64,000 nucleotides of DNA from an uncultured delta proteobacterium (lineage in GTDB: Bacteria; Desulfobacterota; BSN033; UBA1163). Each line of letters starts with the position of its first letter. The stretch's first letter is position 1. The position numbers were made by a program, and so were the translations under genes. Below the pieces are notes generated by a model. That model saw only the letters and a program-made list of their open reading frames with translations. It was not told where the DNA came from and searched no databases. Location of the stretch: contig CAVPSJ010000014.1 in NCBI GenBank assembly GCA_963708295.1, positions 192,001 through 256,000 of the forward strand, in the 5' to 3' direction. This document shows, piece after piece, positions 49,724 to 59,392 of this stretch.

Positions 49724-50485
49724 TTACGGAATCACTCTAAATTCCACTCTCCTGTTTTTGGCGCGACCCTCTGTGGTCTTATTATCAGCAATGGGCTTTT
49801 GGCTTCCATACCCCTTGATGGTCATTCGGTCGCCTTGAATGTTGAATTTATCCATGAGATACTTCTTCACACTTTGTGCTCTCTTCTCTGAAATCTTTTG
49901 TCTCGCTACCTCCGATCCCGAAAAATCCGTGTGACCTCCGATTTCAACTTTGGTGTCCGGATTGTCCTTCAGGATGGCCGCGTCTCGGTCTAAAACCTTG
50001 GCAGCTACAGGATCGATATTCGTCTTGTTCTCGTTAAAGTAGACGTTTTCGAATATCGGCACTGGCTTCGGTGGTGGAGGCGCAGGTGCCGGTGCAGGCG
50101 GCGGTGGTGGCGGTGGTTCAGGTGCCGGTGCAGGTGGTGGCGGTGGCGGTGGAGGTGGAGGTGGAGGTGGCGCCGGCTTCGCCTCTTCGCAAGGCGTTCG
50201 CTTGAGAGCCTCTAATGACTTCTCCTTGACAATCCTGGAGTGGGTATCAAGATCCTCCATTTCTCTCCAATAGTATTTCATCTCATGATCGGCCAATGCA
50301 AGGTTGGCCTCCGCGGTCGCATATTCACAGGGTGCACATTTCTTAGCTCCAGCAATGGTGGCCCGCTGGAAGGCATCCTTTGCCTCGTTATAGGACATGA
50401 CCGTTGCTTTGGGTGCACATCCTGAGGCCATGACTGCTCCTAGAATGAGGAGCAATAAGATCATCCATTTTCTGTTCATCTTCAT
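49724..50485 (-). CDS. OmpA-family lipoprotein with DUF4398-like N-terminus and poly-Pro linker
   Basis: Lipobox ASGC, GGHTD, SEKRA, GYG..P, NRRVE. Confidence 0.92.
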   Translation of the reverse strand: MKMNRKWMILLLLILGAVMASGCAPKATVMSYNEAKDAFQRATIAGAKKCAPCEYATAEANLALADHEMKYYWREMEDLDTHSRIVKEKSLEALKRTPCEEAKPAPPPPPPPPPPPPPAPAPEPPPPPPPAPAPAPPPPKPVPIFENVYFNENKTNIDPVAAKVLDRDAAILKDNPDTKVEIGGHTDFSGSEVARQKISEKRAQSVKKYLMDKFNIQGDRMTIKGYGSQKPIADNKTTEGRAKNRRVEFRVIP

Positions 50486-50504
50486 AATTCACCCCCTCTC
50501 TCGA

Positions 50505-50798
50505 CTATTTTTTCCTGGTTTCAGCCAATCCAGCTTGAGCGGCGGATGTGGACCGTTGCGCAAGTCCCAGGGCTGGCCCAAAATCATTCTGGCTGAATTC
50601 AACTTTAGAAGCTTCTAAGAACTTCTCGGCGCTACAGTATTCATACGGAGCTTTTTTCTCTCCTCCTGCTCCCTTCAGTTCGGAAATCAGCTTTCCAGCA
50701 TTCCCGATCTCCTTTTTTGCGCTGAAATAATTGCAGCCAGAAAGAGAGAAGGCGAAGAAAACCAAAATAAAAAATAGCGTGAAATATCCTTTTTTCAT
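50505..50798 (-). CDS. DUF4398-like lipoprotein
   Basis: LSGC lipobox, APYEYCSAE; upstream of the OmpA gene. Confidence 0.8.
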   Translation of the reverse strand: MKKGYFTLFFILVFFAFSLSGCNYFSAKKEIGNAGKLISELKGAGGEKKAPYEYCSAEKFLEASKVEFSQNDFGPALGLAQRSTSAAQAGLAETRKK

Positions 50799-50979
50799 AT
50801 TGTCACCCCCTTTCGAATTTCTTGGAAAACCACTCATATCTTTTAACATATCGAACCTGTTCAGACTTGTCAAGACTTTTGTGATTTTACTTGATCTTCA
50901 CTCGTCACGAATAAATGGCCGCTCGTGAGGCTTGAGGAATAAATAAGATCAATTCTGTATTGGGGAGGGGAAAACTGTG

Positions 50980-51261
50980 TTAGGGGCCGGACGCTCGACC
51001 CTTTGGATTTTGAGACTTCTTTTCAGCGAGGAATCTCTTCGCACAGTCTTTACCGCAGAAATAATAATCTCTCCCCGCTATCCTTTTCCTCACGGCGGTC
51101 CCCGCTGGGATATAGACTTGGCAACAAGGGTCTTGAAGAAGTTCTTCGGGTTCAGACTCGCTGTTCAACCTTTTCTTTCGTGTGAATATTTCTTTCACGA
51201 GGAAGTGAAGGCTCCTAGAGAGGAGGAGGAGAAGAAGAATGAATAGAAAAAGCCTGATCAT
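50980..51261 (-). CDS. YHS/TRASH-like metal-binding membrane-anchored protein
   Basis: QDPCCQVYIP..YYFCGKDC. Confidence 0.8.
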   Translation of the reverse strand: MIRLFLFILLLLLLSRSLHFLVKEIFTRKKRLNSESEPEELLQDPCCQVYIPAGTAVRKRIAGRDYYFCGKDCAKRFLAEKKSQNPKGRASGP

Positions 51262-51332
51262 GATTCAGCCCTATCCGAGAAGCACCCCATCCCAGCCTCA
51301 AATAACAAGCCCTTTCCCATCATCCAAATTCG

Positions 51333-51469
51333 AAATGTGAAGCTCCCCGCCCACAGGGCGGGGCTTCCGGGCACGCAGTGGCGAGCAGGATGCGAGCAAA
51401 GGAAGTTTCGTTCATAGGGTACCTCTTAACCCCGCCTCCAAGGCGGGGTCAAGAGGCACGTTCCGGCCA
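51333..51469. repeat. Twin-hairpin repeat element (reminiscent of IS200/IS605 ends)
   Basis: AATGTGAAGCTCCCCGCCCACAGGGCGGGGCTTC and ACCCCGCCTCCAAGGCGGGGT hairpins. A similar start AATGTGAAGCT plus hairpin occurs near 13086. Confidence 0.55.
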
Positions 51470-51496
51470 AATAGGATCGTCTTGGTGGTTTTGGAT

Positions 51497-51982
51497 TTAG
51501 AGCCTTTCCACCCCCTGATCCTCCTTGAGGTTGTTCAAGAGCTCTTGAATGGTCTTTTTCAAAACGGGATGGACAAGGCTTCGATCGATCTCAGCCAATG
51601 GGATGAGGACAAATTTGCGATTTTGGATGAGGGGGTGTGGAATGTGGAGTTCCTCGGTGTGAATTTCAATGTCGTCGAAGAAAAGAATGTCCAGATCAAT
51701 GGTTCGGGGTCCCCATCGAAAAGTCTGTGTGCGGCCCAACTGGGATTCAATGGCCTTCAATGTTCGGAGGAGTTCAGGAGCTTCCAGATCGGTCTCGATT
51801 TTTATGACTCCGTTCACAAACCAATCCTGGGAGGTGTAACCAACGGGTTTCGTTTTAAAGAAGGAAGATTTTGCTAAAAGTTTGTGGCGGTCCGCTTTTA
51901 GGATTTCTGAAACAGCTTTTTCACAGTTGTCTAACTTGTCGCCGATGTTCGAGCCGATTCCAATAGAGGCAATGTGTCCCAT
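51497..51982 (-). CDS. folK: HPPK (dihydropteridine diphosphokinase)
   Basis: IGIGSNIG, RWGPRTIDLDIL, IPHP, FVLIPL. Confidence 0.95.
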   Translation of the reverse strand: MGHIASIGIGSNIGDKLDNCEKAVSEILKADRHKLLAKSSFFKTKPVGYTSQDWFVNGVIKIETDLEAPELLRTLKAIESQLGRTQTFRWGPRTIDLDILFFDDIEIHTEELHIPHPLIQNRKFVLIPLAEIDRSLVHPVLKKTIQELLNNLKEDQGVERL

Positions 51983-52013
51983 TCCGATCGGATCAAAAAA
52001 AACCCTCTGCTTT

Positions 52014-52202
52014 TCACTTTTTTTCTGAAATCTCTTCGGGTTTCTTGGGAGTGACGTCGATCTCTTCATCCTTAGTCGACTTTTTGAAATTTCTGATCCC
52101 TTTTCCGAGTCCCTCACCGATCTGAGGGAGTTTTCCCGCACCAAAAATAATCAGCACAATGACTAAAATAACGACCAACTCAGGCATCCCTATCCCAAAC
52201 AT
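52014..52202 (-). CDS. tatA: Twin-arginine translocase TatA/E
   Basis: [26 protein letters not shown]. Confidence 0.95.
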   Translation of the reverse strand: MFGIGMPELVVILVIVLIIFGAGKLPQIGEGLGKGIRNFKKSTKDEEIDVTPKKPEEISEKK

Positions 52203-52267
52203 TTTTCTCTCCTTTTCAATCTTAACTTGATCAGAGCCTGTCACTGGCAGGCCTGTCAGTGACAATT

Positions 52268-52361
52268 TGGCGGAAGTGCATGGGAATCGAACCCACCACG
52301 GACATCTCTGCCCGTCACTGGATTTGAAGTCCAGGAGGCCCACCAGAACCTGTCCACTTCC
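52268..52361 (-). tRNA. selC: tRNA-Sec (UCA)
   Basis: 94 nt, GGAAGTG acceptor, CTGGA-CTTCAAA-TCCAG anticodon arm, long variable arm, GCCA end. Confidence 0.95.
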
Positions 52362-52760
52362 AAATTATAACCTAATGGATTCTCTTTTCAAAGTCAAGAT
52401 TCTTGCATGCTTCGCCCTTTCCTTAGTTTTTTTCTCCCAGGGGCAGAAGATCGTCGTACCTAAGGGAGGGTTGGAAAACTTCCTGGCAATGGTGTCAAAC
52501 TCGGACTGAATAGAATTTTGCCATCCCGACAGACAAAAATGGACGCCGAGACGTCCACCGGAAGAATAGATAAAGCCACATTTTACAGGAGTTATCATGA
52601 TTAAATATCAACCCTATGGATACCGCGCCTCGAATTTGAATGAACCCCGGCATATTTCTTGAATAGACCATATCCAGAAAATCTTTCTTGAATCTTTAAA
52701 TTGTTTTAGAATTTACACGTAGACAGCTGGATCGCTGTAAAAACAAAAAAGGAGGTAAGT

Positions 52761-53288
52761 ATGAAAAGGCTTGTTGGTATTTTTATTTTTTTCGCTCTGG
52801 TAACGGCCATGGGTTGTGCCAGTTACACTCCGACCCCAGTCTACACACCGAATGAAAATTGCAAGCTCGTCGGTTTCAAGCCTGGTTTAGAGCCGAGGGG
52901 AGTGAACGGGATCGGGTGGGAAGCAGACGTGGCAACTTTCAAGGAGATGAAATCTTACAGAAAAGACTCGAGTCACGGCGGGATTCATTTCTATTTGAGA
53001 GCGGGGGATGGATACAAATTAAGAAGTGGTAAGCTGATCCCCATTCAATATGGTTTTTGGAGGGGGAAATTCTATATTGGGATGGTTATGACGGAGCAGG
53101 TTTCGGATTGGGACGCCCTAAAGGATTCCGTTTTTGAGAAATTTGGGGCGGGAGCAAAGCCATTTAGTAACAAAGAGGAATATCTGTGGATTGGTAAGGA
53201 TGTAACGATGGCATTACGATATGATGAGAATTTAAAGAAAGGCACTTACTATATCAGGTCCCACTCGATGGAAAAACAGATGCCGTAA
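52761..53288 (+). CDS. Hypothetical lipoprotein
   Basis: AAGGAGG RBS and AMGC lipobox. Confidence 0.8.
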   Translation: MKRLVGIFIFFALVTAMGCASYTPTPVYTPNENCKLVGFKPGLEPRGVNGIGWEADVATFKEMKSYRKDSSHGGIHFYLRAGDGYKLRSGKLIPIQYGFWRGKFYIGMVMTEQVSDWDALKDSVFEKFGAGAKPFSNKEEYLWIGKDVTMALRYDENLKKGTYYIRSHSMEKQMP

Positions 53289-53763
53289 GGCAAGGTGTGC
53301 TTCCAGACCACCCCCAATGGGTATGGGAGAGGAAAGGTTTCGCCTGACAAAGATGAGGTCTGGCAGGATAAAAGAAATAATCTTTTAGAAATGTCTGACC
53401 TCATCTTTTTTCTTCAAGCCTCTTGTGCTTACCAGAATTGAGAGCGCAGCTTAGGGTTCGAGTCTTAGACCCTGCTTTTCCCGGTCCACATTCCGCAATG
53501 AAGTCAGAAATACCGTTTTTCTTCCAAGAAAATACATACTTTATCCCATGCCTCTCTTAAGGGTTTTGAATCTATTGTAATAGAGTATGGATGCCTTCTC
53601 CCATGCTTTCAGGGAAAAACTCGTTCCGTCATGGGCGAGGTACGAAGAGCCCCCTCTTGCTTAGAGGGAAGGAAAAAGATAACATGAGAAAGTTCAAAGA
53701 GGGTGCATTCGAAAGTTGAGCATCGGCCATTTTTGTGAGCGCCAAAGGGAGGGAATCTTAGTG

Positions 53764-55194
53764 ATGGGAGAGTCAAACCACGAAACCGAGCTTCTTGTCA
53801 TTGGGGCGGGGCCCGGAGGCTATTCGGCCGCGTTCCGGGCAGCGGATCTGGGAATGGAAGTAACCCTGGTAGATTTGGAGAAACGGCCGGGGGGCGAATG
53901 CCTGTTTCGGGGGTGTATTCCCTCCAAGGCGCTCCTTTACTTGGCCGAGCTTTTGTTCGATGCCCAACGCTCGGGAGAGATGGGGGTAAGGTTTGATAAG
54001 CCCCAGATCGACCTGGATCGAATACGGGCCTGGAAAGATCAGGTGGTCGACAAACTGACGAGCGGGCTGCTCACCTTGAGTAAGCGACGCAAGGTTCAAC
54101 TGGTACAGGGAAGAGCGATCTTTGAAGGGTCTGACCGGGTGCGATTGGAGGACTCGGAAATTGGCCAGATCCGGTTCCGTCATGCCATCATCGCTACCGG
54201 GTCTTACACAACCCCTTTTGGCGACATTCCCTTCGTGAGAGGGAGTCGCATCATGGATTCGGCGGGGGCACTGGAATTACCCGAGATCCCTCGGTCACTG
54301 CTCGTCCTGGGCGGCGGTTATATTGGTCTGGAGATGGGAACGTTCTACGCGGCCATGGGAAGTCGGGTCACCGTGGTGGTTCATGGCGATAGACTCCTAA
54401 GAGCTGCGGATCCGGATCTGACGAATGTATTGCTATTCAGGCTGAAGGAGGTTTTTGAAGCCATTCATTACAATACCCAGGTCTTATCCCTCAAAGAACA
54501 CAGTGAAGGAGTGGACGTCAAATTTGCGGGGGAGGTGAGTAAAACTGACCAAACCTTTGATCGAGTGCTCGTTGCTGTCGGCCGAAGGCCGAATCTGGGA
54601 AAGATCGGCCTGGAGAAAACCAGAGTGAAAGTGGACGACCAGGGTTTTGTGGTCGTGGATGAACAGCGCCGGACCACGGATGGCAACATCTTTGCCATCG
54701 GGGATGTTGCCGGAGAGCCTCTGCTCGCTCACAAAGCCTTTCGGGAAGGGAAGGTGGCAGCAGAAGTGATCAAAGGGAAGCCGTCGGCTTTTGACGTTCA
54801 GGCCATTCCGGCGGTCGTTTTTACAGATCCTCAAGTTGCCTGGACCGGTGTCACGGAGGAGCAGGCTCGAAAAGAGAACCGAAACATAAAGGTAGAGCGA
54901 TATCTATGGAAATTTTCGAGCCGTGCGACCACCATGGGTGTCTCGGACGGAGTCACCAAAATGATCCTCAATCCTGAGACAGGTCGAATCCTGGGAGTAG
55001 GAATCTGTGGTCGAAACGTTGAGGGGTTGATCTCAGAAGGCACCCTCGCCATAGAAATGGGAGCTGTCGCGCAGGATCTTGGACTCACCATTCATCCTCA
55101 TCCGACCCTTTCAGAAATGATGATGGAGACAGCGGAACTCTTCACGGGCACCGTGACCCACGTCTTGCCCGAAAAGCATTTGACCTCAGGTTGA
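53764..55194 (+). CDS. lpdA: Dihydrolipoyl dehydrogenase
   Basis: GAGPGG, GGECLFRGCIPSK, GGGYIGLE, HPHPTLSE. Confidence 0.95.
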   Translation: MGESNHETELLVIGAGPGGYSAAFRAADLGMEVTLVDLEKRPGGECLFRGCIPSKALLYLAELLFDAQRSGEMGVRFDKPQIDLDRIRAWKDQVVDKLTSGLLTLSKRRKVQLVQGRAIFEGSDRVRLEDSEIGQIRFRHAIIATGSYTTPFGDIPFVRGSRIMDSAGALELPEIPRSLLVLGGGYIGLEMGTFYAAMGSRVTVVVHGDRLLRAADPDLTNVLLFRLKEVFEAIHYNTQVLSLKEHSEGVDVKFAGEVSKTDQTFDRVLVAVGRRPNLGKIGLEKTRVKVDDQGFVVVDEQRRTTDGNIFAIGDVAGEPLLAHKAFREGKVAAEVIKGKPSAFDVQAIPAVVFTDPQVAWTGVTEEQARKENRNIKVERYLWKFSSRATTMGVSDGVTKMILNPETGRILGVGICGRNVEGLISEGTLAIEMGAVAQDLGLTIHPHPTLSEMMMETAELFTGTVTHVLPEKHLTSG

Positions 55195-55293
55195 AAAGGC
55201 GGGGATTGATCCCGGACGCTCATGGGGCAGGGATTCAAAGAGGTGTAAAGTGCCCGGGAGAGCACGCGCTGAGCTCTTCTGCCTTCGGGAGGT

Positions 55294-55557
55294 TTATTTG
55301 TTGAAGCCAATCCGTTTATTCGGAATGGCGCCCGAAATTTTCAGTGTTTTTTCTCGGGAATGAAGGCCCTTGATAATTTCAATACAGGATGGGGGAATTC
55401 CATATTCCTTAGCCAGAAAACGGATAAGAGCTTCGTTCGCCTTTCCCTCAACGGGGGGAGCAGTCACTTTCACCTTTATCCCGTCCCGGTAGGGGCCCGC
55501 CACCTCATTCTTGGAGGACTTGGGCTGAAGGTAGACTTTTAAAAGAATCTCTTCCAT
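55294..55557 (-). CDS. DUF167/YggU family protein
   Basis: APPVEGKAN, IIKGLHSREK. Confidence 0.92.
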   Translation of the reverse strand: MEEILLKVYLQPKSSKNEVAGPYRDGIKVKVTAPPVEGKANEALIRFLAKEYGIPPSCIEIIKGLHSREKTLKISGAIPNKRIGFNK

Positions 55558-55731
55558 TTCAACCAACCCCGATCGCCGAAGTGGGACCTCATTTGTGAAA
55601 CGGAAAAAACCTCAAAATTACAAGCACCCAATCCCCAATGGGTCCCAATTTCCAAGATCCGAAATCCCAAACAAATCAATTGGGTCATTCAGAATTGTCG
55701 CTTGGAGCTTGTTTGGAATTTGTCATTTGGC

Positions 55732-56559
55732 TTAGACCATTCCAATAAAAGAAAGCTGCCTTCCGGTTCGGCCTTCTTTGCGGTAAGAGAAATAAAGATC
55801 GCTATGGCAATGGGTGCACAGATCGACCCGGGAGATTTGTTCCTCCTGAATCCCCTCCTTTGTGATCTGATCAATATTGATTTTCGCGAGATCCACCATC
55901 CACTTTCCTGCCCCCTTTGAGACGGAAAAGGGCTTCCATTCCTGCTGGAAAACCTTTTCATCGATTTCATAACAGAAAGGCCCGATCGAGGGGCCGATGG
56001 CAATGAATAGGTTACGCGATTGGCATCCGAACTCTTCCTTCATCTTTCTCAACGCCTTTGTTGCGATGTGAAGGGCGGTTCCCTGCCTTCCAGCGTGAAT
56101 TGCCGCAATTACCTTCTTTTTTTGATCAACGACAAAGATGGGAAGGCAATCTGCCGTCAGAATGGCCAGGAAGAGGCCGGGGCAATCCGTGATCAGCCCG
56201 TCGTATTCTAAAACGGGGGGAAGGAGAGGGGTCGGTTTTTTCAGAAGAAGGATCTGGTCCTGATGCATTTGATCGAGTCGAACCAAACGGCCGAAATCAA
56301 ACCCAAACGTTTTGGCAATGAGATCTCCATTCCGACGGACAAATCCTTCTTGATCACCGTTCTTGTCGCTCAGGTTGAGGGAATCATAGGGGGGAAGGCT
56401 CGTCCCTCCCTGGCGGGTTAGAAAGGCATGGCGAACCCATCCGATTCCTGCGAAATCAGGAATTTCGAAATAAGAGAAGTTGTTCTTAGTTTTCAACGAG
56501 GGCCGATGAAGAATATTCAATTTATTCTCCAGACGGAATACTGGAATGCAGGATGCCAA
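55732..56559 (-). CDS. pgeF: PgeF/YfiH family protein
   Basis: QMH, TADCLP, IHAG, IGPSIG, FSYR. Confidence 0.92.
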   Translation of the reverse strand: MASCIPVFRLENKLNILHRPSLKTKNNFSYFEIPDFAGIGWVRHAFLTRQGGTSLPPYDSLNLSDKNGDQEGFVRRNGDLIAKTFGFDFGRLVRLDQMHQDQILLLKKPTPLLPPVLEYDGLITDCPGLFLAILTADCLPIFVVDQKKKVIAAIHAGRQGTALHIATKALRKMKEEFGCQSRNLFIAIGPSIGPFCYEIDEKVFQQEWKPFSVSKGAGKWMVDLAKINIDQITKEGIQEEQISRVDLCTHCHSDLYFSYRKEGRTGRQLSFIGMV

Positions 56560-56594
56560 AACCTTGGATAAGAGACATGGAAGACCCGTTTTTC

Positions 56595-57587
56595 TTATCC
56601 ATGTTTAGCCCGTAGCTGCAACCACTCCAGCAATTCGTTCATGTCATGAGGGATGGGTGAAACAAATTCCATTCGCTCCCCAGTTCGAGGGTGATCGAAT
56701 TTCAACCGATGGGCATGAAGCGCCTGACGGTCCATGCTCTTCACACACTCTCTCAAAATCGGGTCATGGATCGTCCCGGGTCTTCCTCTTCTTCCGTAGA
56801 GAGGGTCTCCCAGCAGAGGATGACCGACGGAGGAGAGGTGTACTCGGATCTGGTGGGTTCGGCCGGTCTTAGGAAAAATCTCAAGGAGCGTGCAGTTCTC
56901 AAACTCTTCGGCCTTTTTCCAGCGGGTGATGGCTGCCCTCCCTCTCCTGACCCGTGTGGACATCCGTTTTCTCTGGCTGGGGTGCCTTCCGATGGCCGAA
57001 TCGATCAAGCCTTCCTCCTGGCCGAATTTGCCGTAGACAATGGCCAGATAGACCTTTTCCACAGTCCGGTTTTTAAACTGTTTCGCGAGATGATGAAAAG
57101 CCCCGTCCTCTTTAGCGACGACCATCACACCGGAGGTGTCCTTGTCCAACCGATGCACAATCCCCGGCCTTAAGACCCCATTGATCCCGGAGAGGTCTTC
57201 GCAGTGATAGAGAAGGGCATTGACCAATGTGCCGGAAGGGTTTCCGTAAGCGGGATGAACGACCATTCCCGGAGGCTTGTCAATGACGATGATCGAGGGG
57301 TCTTCATAAAGGATGGTGAGGGGAAGGGGTTCCGGCTTGAGGGAAAGGGGCTCGGGCTCGGGAAGAGATCCAGAGACCCTGTCGCCAGCCTTCACGTGAG
57401 CACCGGGCTTTGTCGGCTTCTGATTGAGAAAGATCAGATGTTTCTCAATCAGGTTCTTTGCCTGGGAACGCGAGAGATTCAGGGTGGCTCCCGAGAGGAA
57501 TTGGTCAAGGCGCCTTCCGTGATACTTCTCGGAAACGAGAATCGAAAAGGACTTACCTCCGTCGTTGTCTTTGAGCAAATGGGTCAT
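56595..57587 (-). CDS. rluD: RluA/RluD pseudouridine synthase
   Basis: S4 domain, VHRLDKDTSG, TGRTHQIRVH. Confidence 0.93.
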   Translation of the reverse strand: MTHLLKDNDGGKSFSILVSEKYHGRRLDQFLSGATLNLSRSQAKNLIEKHLIFLNQKPTKPGAHVKAGDRVSGSLPEPEPLSLKPEPLPLTILYEDPSIIVIDKPPGMVVHPAYGNPSGTLVNALLYHCEDLSGINGVLRPGIVHRLDKDTSGVMVVAKEDGAFHHLAKQFKNRTVEKVYLAIVYGKFGQEEGLIDSAIGRHPSQRKRMSTRVRRGRAAITRWKKAEEFENCTLLEIFPKTGRTHQIRVHLSSVGHPLLGDPLYGRRGRPGTIHDPILRECVKSMDRQALHAHRLKFDHPRTGERMEFVSPIPHDMNELLEWLQLRAKHG

Positions 57588-57734
57588 TCCACGCAAGCAC
57601 CAAATTCCAAGCGCCAAACAACAAACAAATTCCAACGGTTCAAATTCGAAATTTCAAAGAAAACCGGTTGGGTGATGAAATGGGAATTTGGAGTTTATTT
57701 GGGATTTGGAATTTGTGGTTTGGGATTTCAGACG

Positions 57735-59183
57735 TTATGTCCTTTGTTCTTTGCGCTTCGCGATACGCGCGAGCGCGTTATCAATCCCGGCAGCCAAAAG
57801 GGGGATCTCTTCATCGAAGACGGTTCTCATGTCCAGGATCAATTCTTCTTTGCTGATTCTCGCAATGACAGGAGGATCGCCCTTTCTCAAAGTTTCTTCA
57901 AAGCTGTTTACGGAAAAGTCAAGCGGTTTGGCGGCGACGACCGTGGTTGGGAGTTCCTGAAGGGGAAGGGCGCCACCGCCCACCTGAGAGACATCTTCTC
58001 TCAATGAGAACGTCATCCTTTCATTCGTCCTCCCCGCCAGCCTTTTCAGCAACCGTTTTCCTCTCCTCGTCAGCTTCTTCGTGTCCAAACTCAGCATCCT
58101 GAGCGTGGGAATTTCTTCCATGGCCCTCTTCTCGTCGAGGTAAACGAGGAGCGTCGACTCGAGAGCAGCCAGGGTAAGCTTGTCGATGCGGAGGGCCCGG
58201 GCCAAGGGATTGACTTTGAAAAGGTCCAAAATGGTTTTCTTCCCCAGAATGATTCCCGCTTGAGGGCCTCCTAGGAGCTTGTCCCCGCTGATGGTGACCG
58301 CGTCCACGCCCGTTTTGATCGCCTCCTGGACGGTAGGCTCCTTCTCCAATCCGTACTGGGTGAGGTCGATGAGACAGCCACTTCCTAAATCATCCACGAC
58401 AGGAACGTGATGCTCCCTACCGAGCTGCACCAGGTCCTGAAGGGAGACTTCGGAGGTAAACCCCATCACCCTGAAATTACTGGTGTGGACTTTGAGAAGC
58501 AGAGCCGTGTGAGGGCCGATGGCCGTCTGGTAATCGTTGAAGTGCGTACGGTTGGTCGTGCCGACCTCCCTCAGCAAAGCCCCGCTTCGTTTCATGACAT
58601 CGGGGATGCGAAAAGCCCCCCCGATTTCGACGAGTTCTCCTCTGGAGACGATCACCTCCTTACCTTCTGCGAGAGTATTCAGAACGAGGAGGACAGCCGC
58701 GGCATTATTGTTCACCACCAGCGCCGATTCTGCTCCCGATAGACGGCAGAGACTCTCTTCCACCGGAGAGGATCGATCTCCCCGCTCGCCCCGCTCGAGG
58801 TCATATTCCAAATTGGAATAGGTTTTAGAGACCTCTATCAAATGATGGATCGCCGAAGGGTGAAGGGGAGCTCTTCCGAGATTGGTGTGGATGACGACTC
58901 CGGTCGCATTGATCACCCTGCGGAGCCGGGGTTGGATCTGAAGGTCGATCTCCTTCTGAAAAAGAGGGTAGAGGTTTTCGAAGGCAAAAACGGCCTCTCC
59001 GGGTTGAGGGAGGTCTTTTTCGCGGAGGATTTCATCACGCAGTCGTCCTAATCCCCTTCGGATGGCTTCGACCACGACCTTGCGAGGATAGACCTGTAAG
59101 AGATCAGCGACCTGCTGTTTTGAGAGGAGTTCATCAACACTGGGGATCTCACGGAGCACCTGTTGACGAAGGGATGGGGACAT
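57735..59183 (-). CDS. selA: L-seryl-tRNA(Sec) selenium transferase
   Basis: VINATGVVIHTNLGRA, VNNNAAA, EVGTTNRT, SGDKLLGGPQAG. Confidence 0.97.
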   Translation of the reverse strand: MSPSLRQQVLREIPSVDELLSKQQVADLLQVYPRKVVVEAIRRGLGRLRDEILREKDLPQPGEAVFAFENLYPLFQKEIDLQIQPRLRRVINATGVVIHTNLGRAPLHPSAIHHLIEVSKTYSNLEYDLERGERGDRSSPVEESLCRLSGAESALVVNNNAAAVLLVLNTLAEGKEVIVSRGELVEIGGAFRIPDVMKRSGALLREVGTTNRTHFNDYQTAIGPHTALLLKVHTSNFRVMGFTSEVSLQDLVQLGREHHVPVVDDLGSGCLIDLTQYGLEKEPTVQEAIKTGVDAVTISGDKLLGGPQAGIILGKKTILDLFKVNPLARALRIDKLTLAALESTLLVYLDEKRAMEEIPTLRMLSLDTKKLTRRGKRLLKRLAGRTNERMTFSLREDVSQVGGGALPLQELPTTVVAAKPLDFSVNSFEETLRKGDPPVIARISKEELILDMRTVFDEEIPLLAAGIDNALARIAKRKEQRT

Positions 59184-59392
59184 GACTTAAACCTCATTGA
59201 AAATTGCAAAGCGCAAAATGAAAAATGCAAAATTTAAGAAGATCCTAACAACCCATTCTAAGATTGAGGTTCAGGTTAAGGCTTGAAGCCAGGCAACCCC
59301 GGGTTTCAAGCGTTAAAGATGAATTCTTAAGTTAGGCTGTGTGAGATAGATTTTGTAATTTTCAATTTGCAATTTGCGTTTTGCAATGCAGT

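Noticed and set aside
50068-50175. GGT/GGC repeat tract
   Set aside because: It encodes the poly-Pro linker of the OmpA-family protein.
59282-59312. Hairpin upstream of selA as a regulatory SECIS-like element
   Set aside because: It lacks the GGTCT-type loop and lies inside a periodic inverted repeat.
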